The notes below the pieces were generated by a model. That model ran no database searches, was not told the DNA's origin, and saw only the letters and a program-made list of their open reading frames with translations. From the human T2T-CHM13v2.0 reference genome, Homo sapiens, in assembly GCF_009914755.1 (NCBI RefSeq), contig NC_060942.1: DNA of 64,000 nt, one strand, 5' to 3'. Each line of letters begins with the position of its first letter. Within the stretch, counting starts at the first letter, position 1. Shown here piece after piece: positions 1 to 10,839 of this stretch. The translations under genes were made by a program, and so were the position numbers.

Positions 1-427
1 AGAGTTGAACCTTTCTTTTCATAGAGCAGTTTTGAAACACTCTTTTTGTAGAATCCGCAAGAGGATATTTGCATCGCTTTGAGGAATTCGTGGGAAACGG
101 GATTGTCTTCAGGTAAAATCTAGACAGAAGCATTCTCAGAAACTTCTTTGGGATGTTTGCATTCAAGTCACAGAGTAGAACATTCCCTTTGGTAGAGCAG
201 GTTTGAAACAATCTTTTTGTAGTATCTGGAAGTGGACATTTGGAGCGCATTCAAGCCCATGTTGGAAAGGGAAATATATTCCCGTAACAACTAGGCAGAA
301 GCATTCTCAGAAACTTATTTGAGATGTGTGTACTCAACGAAGAGAATTGAACCACCGTTTTGAAGGAGCAGTTTTGAAACCCTCTTTTTCTGGAATCTGA
401 AAGAGTATATTTGCCTAGCCTTGAGGA

Positions 428-444
428 TTTCGTTGGAAACGGGA
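428..444 (+). other. CENP-B box (representative; one box position per ~340-bp dimer across the window)
   Basis: tttcgttggaaacggga matches consensus YTTCGTTGGAARCGGGA. The A-dimer (tttcgtgggaaacggga) and E-dimer (tttcgctggaagcggga) variants keep the essential TTCG-N4-A-N2-CGGG core. Confidence 0.95.
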
Positions 445-1278
445 TTGTCTTCAGATAAAATCTAGACAGAAGCATTCTCAGAAACTTCTTTGGGATGTTT
501 GCATTCAAGTCACAGAGTAGAACATTCCCTTTGGTAGAGCAGGTTTGAAACACTCTTTTTGTAGTATCTGAAAGTGGACATTTGGAGCGCTTTCAGGCCC
601 ATGTTGGAAAGGGAAATATCTTCCCGTAACAACTAGGCAGAAGCATTCTCAGAAACTTATTTGAGATGTGTGTACTCAACTAAGAGAATTGAACCACCGT
701 TTTGAAGGAGCAGCTTTGAAACACTCTTTTTCTGGAATCTGCAAGAGTATATTTGCCTAGCCTTGAGGATTTCGTTGGAAACGGGATTGTCTTCAGATAA
801 AATCTAGACAGAAGCATTCTCAGAAACTTCTTTGGGATGTTTGCATTCAAGTCACAGAGTAGAACATTCCCTTTGGTAGAGCAGGTTTGAAACACTCTTT
901 TTTTAGTATATGGAAGTGGACATTTGGAGCGCTTTCAGGCCTACGTTGGAAAAGGAAATATCTTCCCATAACAACTAGACAGAAGCATTCTCAGAAACTA
1001 GTTTCTGATGTGTGTCCTCAACTAACACAGTTGTACATTTCTTTAGACAGAATAGTTTTGAAACACTCTTTTTGTGGAATCTGCAAGTGGATATTGGGCT
1101 AGATTTGAGGATTTCGTTGGAAACGGGATTACATATAAAAAGCAGTCAGCAGCATTCTCAGAAAGTTCTTTGTGATGATTGCATTCAAGTCACAGAATTG
1201 AACATTCCCTTTCACAGAGGAGGTTTGAAGCACTCTTTTTGTAGGGTGTGTAAGTGGACATTTGGAGCGCTTTCCGGC

Positions 1279-1295
1279 CTAAGGTGAAAAAGGAC
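1279..1295 (+). other. pJalpha-like motif in A-type monomer (representative)
   Basis: ctaaggtgaaaaaggac/a sits at the position equivalent to the CENP-B box in alternate monomers and resembles consensus CTAYGGTGRAAAAGGAA. Confidence 0.7.
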
Positions 1296-1661
1296 ATATC
1301 TTCCCATAAAAACTAGACAGAAGCATTCTCAGAAACTTACTCGTGATGTGTGCCCTCAACTAAAGGAGTAGAACCTTTCTATTCATAGAGAAGTTTTGAA
1401 ACGCTCTTTTTGTGGAATCTCCAAGTGGATATTTGGCTAGTTTTGAGGATTTCGTTGGAAGCGGGTATTCATCCAAATTGCAGACTGCAGCGTTCTGAGA
1501 AACATCTTTGTGATGTTTGTATTCAGGACACAGAGATGAACATTCCCTATCATAGAGCAGGTTGGAATCACTCCTTTTGTAGTATCTGGAAGTGGACATT
1601 TGGAGCGCTTTCAGGCCTATGTTGAAAAAGGAAATATCTTCCCATAACAACTAGACACAAG

Positions 1662-2679
1662 CATTCTCAGAAACTTGTTTGTGATGTGTGCCCTCTACTG
1701 ACAGAGTTGAACCTTTCTTTTCATAGAGCAGTTTTGAAACACTCTTTTTGTAGAATCTGCAAGAGGATATTTGCATAGCTTTGAGGATTTCGTGGGAAAC
1801 GGGATTGTCTTCAGGTAAAATCTAGACAGAAGCATTCTCAGAAACTTCTTTGGGATGTTTGCATTCAAGTCACAGAGTAGAACATTCCCTTTGGTAGAGC
1901 AGGTTTGAAACACTCTTTTTGTAGTATCTGGAAGTGGACATTTGGAGCGCTTTCAGGCCTACGTTGGAAAAGGAAATATCTTCCCATAACAACTAGACAG
2001 AAGCATTCTCAGAAACTAGTTTCTGATGTGTGTCCTCAACTAACACAGTTGTACATTTCTTTATACAGAACAGTTTTGAAACACTCTTTTTGTGGAATCT
2101 GCAAGTGGATATTTGGCTAGATTTGAGTATTTCGTTGGAAACGGGATTACATATAAAAAGCAGTCAGCAGCATTCTCAGAAAGTTCTTTGTGATGATTGT
2201 ATTCAAGTCACAGAATTGAACATTCCCTTTCACAGAGCAGGTTTGAAACACTCTTTTTGTAGTGTGTGTAAGTGGACATTTGGAGCGCTTTCCGGCCTAA
2301 GGTGAAAAAGGACATATCTTCCCATAAAAACTAGACAGAAGCATTCTCAGAAACTTACTCGTGATGTGTGTCCTCAACTAAAGGAGTAGAACCTTTCTAT
2401 TCATAGAGAAGTTTTGAAACGCTCTTTTTGTGGAATCTCCAAGTGGATATTTGGCTAGTGTTGAGGATTTCGTTGAAAGCGGGAATTCATCCAAATTGCA
2501 GACTGCAGCGTTCTGAGAAACATCTTTGTGATGTTTGTATTCAGGACACAGAGAGGAACATTCCCTATCATAGAGCAGGTTGGAATCACTCCTTTTGTAG
2601 TATCTGGAAGTGGACATTTGGAGCGCTTTCAGGCCTATGTTGAAAAAGGAAATATCTTCCCATAACAACTAGACACAAG
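1662..2679 (+). repeat. 6-mer HOR variant A/B-C-D (1018 bp)
   Basis: The A dimer ends with the B-type tail gcctacgttggaaaagg (~1957) and runs straight into C (ctagtttctgatg). ORF spacing 1695->2713 = 1018. Confidence 0.9.
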
Positions 2680-5600
2680 CATTCTCAGAAACTTGTTTGT
2701 GATGTGTGCCCTCTACTGACAGAGTTGAACCTTTCTTTTCATAGAGCAGTTTTGAAACACTCTTTTTGTAGAATCCGCAAGAGGATATTTGCATCGCTTT
2801 GAGGAATTCGTGGGAAACGGGATTGTCTTCAGGTAAAATCTAGACAGAAGCATTCTCAGAAACTTCTTTGGGATGTTTGCATTCAAGTCACAGAGTAGAA
2901 CATTCCCTTTGGTAGAGCAGGTTTGAAACACTCTTTTTGTAGTATCTGGAAGTGGACATTTGGAGCGCTTTCAGGCCCATGTTGGAAAGGGAAATATCTT
3001 CCCGTAACAACTAGGCAGAAGCATTCTCAGAAACTTATTTGAGATGTGTGTACTCAACTAAGACAATTGAACCACCGTTTTGAAGGAACAGTTTTGAAAC
3101 ACTCTTTTGCTGGAATCTGCAAGAGTATATTTGCCTAGCCTTGAGGATTTCGTTGGAAACGGGATTGTCTTCAGATAAAATCTAGACAAAAGCATTCTCA
3201 GAAACTTCTTTGAGATGTTTGCATTCAAGTCACAGAGTAGAACATTCCCTTTAGTAGAGCAGGTTTGAAACACTCTTTTTTTAGTATATGGAAGTGGACA
3301 TTTGGAGCGCTTTCAGGCCTACGTTGGAAAAGGAAATATCTTCCCATAACAACTAGACAGAAGCATTCTCAGAAACTAGTTTCTGATGTGTGTCCTCAAC
3401 TAACACAGTTGAACTTTTCTTTAGACAGAACAGTTTTGAAACACTCTTTTTGTGGAATCTGCAAGTGGATATTGGGCTAGATTTGAGGATTTCGTTGGAA
3501 ACGGGATTACATATAAAAAGCAGTCAGCAGCATTCTCAGAAAGTTCTTTGTGATGATTGCATTCAAGTCACAGAATTGAACATTACCTTTCACAGAGCAG
3601 GTTTGAAACACTCTTTTTGTAGTGTGTGTAAGTGGACATTTGGAGCGCTTTCCGGCCTAAGGTGAAAAAGGACATATCTTCCCATAAAAACTAGACAGAA
3701 GCATTCTCAGAAACTTACTCGTGATGTGTGTCCTCAACTAAAGGAGTAGAACCTTTCTATTCATAGAGAAGTTTTGAAACCCTCTTTTTGTGGAATCTCC
3801 AAGTGGATATTTGGCTAGTGTTGAGGATTTTGTAGGAAGCGGGAATTCATACAAATTGCAGACTGCAGCGTTCTGAGAAACATCTTTGTGATGTTTGTTT
3901 TCAAGACACAGAGATGAACATTCCCTATCATAGAGCATGTTGGAATCACTCCTTTTGTAGTATCTGGAAGTGGACATTTGGAGCGCTTTCAGGCCTATGT
4001 TGAAAAAGGAAATATCTTCCCATAACAACTAGACACAAGCATTCTCAGAAACTTGTTTGTGATGTGTGCCCTCTACTGACAGAGTTGAACCTTTCTTTTC
4101 ATAGAGCAGTTTTGAAACACTCTTTTTGTAGAATCCGCAAGAGGATATTTGCATAACTTTGAGGATTTCGTGGGAAACGGGATTGTCTTCAGGTAAAATC
4201 TAGACAGAAGCATTCTCAGAAACTTCTTTGGGATGTTTGCATTCAAGTCACAGAGTAGAACATTCCCTTTGGTAGAGCAGGTTTGAAACACTCTTTTTGT
4301 AGTATCTGGAAGTGGACATTTGGAGCGCTTTCAGGCCCATGTTGGAAAGGGAAATATCTTCCCGTAACAACTAGGCAGAAGCATTCTCAGAAACTTATTT
4401 GAGATGTGTGTACTCAACTAAGAGAATTGAACCACCGTTTTGAAGGAGCAGTTTTGAAACACTCTTTTTCTGGAATCTGCAAGAGTATATTTGCCTAGCC
4501 TTGAGGATTTCGTTGGAAACGGGATTGTCTTCAGATAAAATCTAGACAGAAGCATTCTCAGAAACTTCTTTGGGATGTTTGCATTCAAGTCACAGAGTAG
4601 AACATTCCCTTCGGTAGAGCAGGTTTGAAACACTCTTTTTTTAGTATATGGAAGTGGACATTTGGAGCGCTTTCAGGCCTACGTTGGAAAAGGAAATATC
4701 TTCCTATAACAACTAGACAGAAGGATTCTCAGAAACTAGTTTCTGATGTGTGTCCTCAACTAACACAGTTGTACATTTCTTTATACAGAACAGTTTTGAA
4801 ACACTCTTTTTGTGGAATCTGCAAGTGGATATTGGGCTAGATTTGAGGATTTCGTTGGAAACGGGATTACATATAAAAAACAGTCAGCAGCATTCTCAGA
4901 AAGTTCTTTGTGATGATTGCATTCAAGTCACAAAATTGAACATTCCCTTTCACAGAGCAGGTTTGAAACACTCTTTTTGTAGTGTGTGTAATTGGACATT
5001 TGGAGCGCTTTCCAGCCTAAGGTGAAAAAGGAAATATCTTCCCATAAAAACTAGACAGAAGCATTCTCAGAAACTTACTCGTGATGTGTGTCCTCAACTA
5101 AAGGAGTAGAACCTTTCTATTCATAGAGAAGTTTTGAAACGCTCTTTTTGTGGAATCTCCAAGTGGATATTTGGCTAGTTTTGAGGATTTCGTTGGAAGC
5201 GGGAATTCATCCAAATTGCAGACTGCAGCGTTCTGAGAAACATCTTTGTGATGTTTGTATTCAGGACACAGAGATGAACATTCCCTATCATAGAGCAGGT
5301 TGGAATCACTCCTTTTGTAGTATCTGGAAGTGGACATTTGGAGCGCTTTCAGGCCTATGTTGAAAAAGGAAATATCTTCCCATAACAACTAGACACAAGC
5401 ATTCTCAGAAACTTGTTTGTGATGTGTGCCCTCTACTGACAGAGTTGAACCTTTCTTTTCATAGAGCAGTTTTGAAACACTCTTTTTGTAGAATCCACAA
5501 GAGGATATTTGCATCGCTTTGGGGATTTCGTGGGAAACGAGATTGTCTTCAGGTAAAATCTAGACAGAAGCATTCTCAGAAACTTCTTTGGGATGTTTGC

Positions 5601-8600
5601 ATTCAAGTCACAGAGTAGAACATTCCCTTTGGTAGAGCAGGTTTGAAACACTCTTTTTGTAGTATCTGGAAGTGGACATTTGGAGCGCTTTCAGGCCCAT
5701 GTTGGAAACGGAAATATCTTCCCGTAACAACTAGGCAGAAGCATTCTCAGAAACTTATTTGAGATGTGTGTACTCAACTAAGAGAATTGAACCACCGTTT
5801 TGAAGGAGCAGTTTTGAAACCCTCTTTTTCTGGAATCTGCAAGAGTATATTTGCCTAGCCTTGAGGATTTCGTTGGAAACGGGATTGTCTTCAGATAAAA
5901 TCTAGACAGAAGCATTCTCAGAAACTTCTTTGGGATGTTTGCATTCAAGTCACAGAGTAGAACATTCCCTTTAGTAGAGCAGGTTTGAAACACTCTTTTT
6001 TTAGTATATGGAAGTGGACATTTGGAGCGCTTCCAGGCCTACGTTGGAAAAGGAAATATCTTCCCATAACAACTAGACAGAAGCATTCTCAGAAACTAGT
6101 TTCTGATGTGTGTCCTCAACTAACACAGTTGAACTTTTCTTTAGACAGAACAGTTTTGAAACACTCTTTTTGTGGAATCTGCAAGTGGATATTGGGCTAG
6201 ATTTGAGGATTTCGTTGGAAACGGGATTACATATAAAAAGCAGACAGCAGCATTCTCAGAAAGTTCTTTGTGATGATTGCATTCAAGTCACAGAATTGAA
6301 CATTCCCTTTCACAGAGCAGGTTTGAAACACTCTTTTTGTAGTGTGTGTAAGTGGACATTTGGAGCGCTTTCCGGCCTAAGGTGAAAAAGGACATATCTT
6401 CCCATAAAAACTAGACAGAAGCATTCTCAGAAACTTACTCGTGATGTGTGTCCTCAACTAAAGGAGTAGAACCTTTCTATTCATAGAGAAGTTTTGAAAC
6501 GCTCTTTTTGTGGAATCTCCAAGTGGATATTTGGCTAGTTTTGAGGATTTCGTTGGAAGCGGGAATTCATACAAATTGCAGACTGCAGCGTTCTGAGAAA
6601 CATCTTTGTGATGTTTGTATTCAAGACACAGAGTTGAACATTCCCTATCATAGAGCGTGTTGGAATCACTCCTCTTGTAGTATCTGGAAGTGGACATTTG
6701 GAGCGCTTTCAGGCCTATGTTGAAAAAGGAAATATCTTCCCATAACAACTAGACAGAAGCATTCTCAGAAACTTGTTTGTGATGTGTGCCCTCTGCTGAC
6801 AGAGTTGAACCTTTCTTTTCATAGAGCAGTTTTGAAACACTCTTTTTGTAGAATCCGCAAGAGGATATTTGCATAGCTTTGAGGATTTCGTGGGAAATGG
6901 GATTGTCTTCAGGTAAAATCTAGACAGAAGCATTCTCAGAAACTTCTTTGGGATGTTTGCATTCAAGTCACAGAGTAGAACATTCCCTTTGGTAGAGCAG
7001 GTTTGAAACACTCTTTTTGTAGTATCTGGAAGTGGACATTTGGAGCGCATTCAGGCCCATGTTGGAAAGGGAAATATATTCCCGTAACAACTAGGCAGAA
7101 GCATTCTCAGAAACTTATTTGAGATGTGTGTACTCAACTAAGAGAATTGAACCACCGTTTTGAAGGAGCAGTTTTGAAACCCTCTTTTTCTGGAATCTGC
7201 AAGAGTATATTTGCCTAGCCTTGAGGATTTCGTTGGAAACGGGATTGTCTTCAGATAAAATCTAGACAGAAGCAATCTCAGAAACTTCTTTGGGATGTTT
7301 GCATTCAAGTCACAGAGTAGAACATTCCCTTTGGTAGAGCAGGTTTGAAACACTCTTTTTTTAGTATATGGAAGTGGACATTTGGAGCGCTTTCAGGCCT
7401 ACGTTGGAAAAGGAAATATCTTCCCATAACAACTAGACAGAAGCATTCTCAGAAACTAGTTTCTGATATGTGTCCTCAACTAACACAGTTGAACTTTTCT
7501 TTAGACAGAACAGTTTTGAAACACTCTTTTTGTGGAATCTGCAAGTGGTTATTGGGCTACATTTGAGGATTTCGTTGGAAACGGGATTACATATAAAAAA
7601 CAGTCAGCAGCATTCTCAGAAAGTTCTTTGTGATGATTGCATTCAAGTCACAGAATTGAACATTCCCTTTCACAGAGCAGGTTTGAAACACTCTTTTTGT
7701 AGTGTGTGTAAGTGGACATTTGGAGCGCTTTCCGGCCTAAGGTGAAAAAGGACATATCTTCCCATAAAAACTAGACAGAAGCATTCTCAGAAACTTACTC
7801 GTGATGTGTGTCCTCAACTAAAAGAGTAGAACCTTTCTATTCATAGAGAAGTTTTGAAACGCTCTTTTTGTGGAATCTCCAAGTGGATATTTGGCTAGTT
7901 TTGAGGATTTCGTTGGAAGCGGGAATTCATACAATTTGCAGACTGCAGCGTTCTGAGAAACATCTTTGTGATGTTTGTATTCAAGACACAGAGATGAACA
8001 TTCCCTATCATAGAGCATGTTGGAATCACTCCTTTTGTAGTATCTGGAAGTGGACATTTGGAGCGCTTTCAGGCCTATGTTGAAAAAGGAAATATCTTCC
8101 CATAACAACTAGACACAAGCATTCTCAGAAACTTGTTTGTGATGTGTGCCCTCTACTGACAGAGTTGAACCTTTCTTTTCATAGAGCAGTTTTGAGACAC
8201 TCTTTTTGTAGAATCCGCAAGAGGATATTTGCATAGCTTTGAGGATTTCGTGGGAAACGGGATTGTCTTCAGGTAAAATCTAGACAGAAGCATTCTCAGA
8301 AACTTCTTTGGGATGTTTGCATTCAAGTCACAGAGTAGAACATTCCCTTTGGTAGAGCAGGTTTGAAACACTCTTTTTGTAGTATCTGGAAGTGGACATT
8401 TGGAGCGCTTTCAGGCCCATGTTGGAAAGGGAAATATCTTCCCGTAACAACTAGGCAGAAGCATTCTCAGAAACTTATTTGAGATGTGTGTACTCAACGA
8501 AGAGAATTGAACCACCGTTTTGAAGGAGCAGTTTTGAAACCCTCTTTTTCTGGAATCTGCAAGAGTATATTTGCCTAGCCTTGAGGATTTCGTTGGAAAC

Positions 8601-10839
8601 GGGATTGTCTTCAGATAAAATCTAGACAGAAGCATTCTCAGAAACTTCTTTGGGATGTTTGCATTCAAGTCACAGAGTAGAACATTCCCTTTGATAGAGC
8701 AGGTTTGAAACACTCTTTTTTTAGTATATGGAAGTGGACATTTGGAGCGCTTTCAGGCCTACGTTGGAAAAGGAAATATCTTCCCATAACAACTAGACAG
8801 AAGGATTCTCAGAAACTAGTTTCTGATGTGTGTCCTCAACTAACACAGTTGTACATTTCTTTATACAGAACAGTTTTGAAACACTCTTTTTGTGGAATCT
8901 GCAAGTGGATATTGGGCTAGATTTGAGGATTTCGTTGGAAACGGGATTACATATAAAAAGCAGACAGCAGCATTCTCAGAAAGTTCTTTGTGATGATTGC
9001 ATTCAAGTCACAGAATTGAACATTCCCTTTCACAGAGCAGGTTTGAAACACTCTTTTTGTAGTGTGTGTAATTGGACATTTGGAGCGCTTTCCGGCCTAA
9101 GGTGAAAAAGGAAATATCTTCCCATAAAAACTAGACAGAAGCATTCTCAGAAACTTACTCGTGATGTGTGTCCTCAACTAAAGGAGTAGAACCTTTCTAT
9201 TCATAGAGAAGTTTTGAAACGCTCTTTTTGTGGAATCTCCAAGTGGATATTTGGCTAGTTTTGAGGATTTCGTTGGAAGCGGGAATTCATCCAAATTGCA
9301 GACTGCAGCGTTCTGAGAAACATCTTTGTGATGTTTGTATTCAGGACACAGAGATGAACATTCCCTATCATAGAGCAGGTTGGAATCACTCCTTTTGTAG
9401 TATCTGGAAGTGGACATTTGGAGCGCTTTCAGGCCTATGTTGAAAAAGGAAATATCTTCCCATAACAACTAGACACAAGCATTCTCAGAAACTTGTTTGT
9501 GATGTGTGCCCTCTACTGACAGAGTTGAACCTTTCTTTTCATAGAGCAGTTTTGAAACACTCTTTTTGTAGAATCCGCAAGAGGATATTTGCATAGCTTT
9601 GAGGATTTCGTGGGAAACGGGATTGTCTTCAGGTAAAATCTAGACCGAAGCATTCTCAGAAACTTCTTTGGGATGTTTGCATTCAAGTCACAGAGTAGAA
9701 CATTCCCTTTGGTAGAGCAGGTTTGAAACACTCTTTTTGTAGTATCTGGAAGTGGACATTTGGAGCGCTTTCAGGCCCATGTTGGAAAGGGAAATATCTT
9801 CCCGTAACAACTAGGCAGAAGCATTCTCAGAAACTTATTTGAGATGTGTGTACTCAACTAAGAGAATTGAACCACCGTTTTGAAGGAGCAGTTTTGAAAC
9901 CCTCTTTTTCTGGAATCTGCAAGAGCATATTTGCCTAGCCTTGAGGATTTCGTTGGAAACGGGATTGTCTTCAGATAAAATCTAGACAGAAGCATTCTCA
10001 GAAACTTATTTGGGATGTTTGCATTCAAGTCACAGAGTAGAACATTCCCTTTGGTAGAGCAGGTTTGAAACACTCTTTTTGTAGTGTATGGAAGTGGACA
10101 TTTGGAGCGCTTACAGGCCTACGTTGGAAAAGGAAATATCTTCCCATAACAACTAGACAGAAGCATTCTCAGAAACTAGTTTCTGATGTGTGTCCTCAAC
10201 TAACACAGTTGAACTTTTCTTTAGACAGAACAGTTTTGAAACACTCTTTTTGTGGGATCTGCAAGTGGATATTGGGCTAGATTTGAGGATTTCGTTGGAA
10301 ACGGGATTACATATAAAAAGCAGACAGCAGCATTCTCAGAAAGTTCTTTGTGATGATTGCATTCAAGTCACAGAATTGAACATTCCCTTTCACAGAGCAG
10401 GTTTGAAACACTCTTTTTGTAGTGTGTGTAAGTGGACATTTGGAGTGCTTTCCGGCCTAAGGTGAAAAAGGACATATCTTCCCATAAAAACTAGACAGAA
10501 GCATTCTCAGAAACTTACTCGTGATGTGTGTCCTCAACTAAAGGAGTAGAACCTTTCTATTCATAGAGAAGTTTTGAAACGCTCTTTTTGTGGAATCTCC
10601 AAGTGGATATTTGGCTAGTTTTGAGGATTTCGTTGGAAGCGGGAATTCATACAAATTGCAGACTGCAGCGTTCTGAGAAACATCTTTGTGATGTTTGTAT
10701 TCAGGACACAGAGTTGAACATTCCCTATCATAGAGCAGGTTGGAATCACTCCTTTTGTAGTATCTGGAAGTGGACATTTGGAGCGCTTTCAGGCCTATTT
10801 TGGAAAGGGAAATATCTTCCCGTAACAACTATGCAGAAG
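2680..10839 (+). repeat. Six tandem 8-mer HOR copies (ABCD, 1360 bp each)
   Basis: Unit starts at 2680, 4040, 5400, 6760, 8120 and 9480. Dimers E and F are absent. Shared haplotype markers ggaatctccaag and attgggcta. Confidence 0.95.

Larger units (their letters stand above)
1..1661 (+). repeat. 10-mer HOR variant A-B'-B-C-D (1702 bp, 5' truncated by window edge)
   Basis: Two consecutive B-type dimers start at 302 and 644. The first ends with the A-type tail gcccatgttggaaagggaaatatcttcccgtaacaactaggc. Confidence 0.9.

Noticed and set aside
1133-1141. TATA-like catataaaaag next to CENP-B boxes in C and E dimers
   Set aside because: It is part of the monomer consensus in an AT-rich repeat, and nothing in the sequence supports promoter function.
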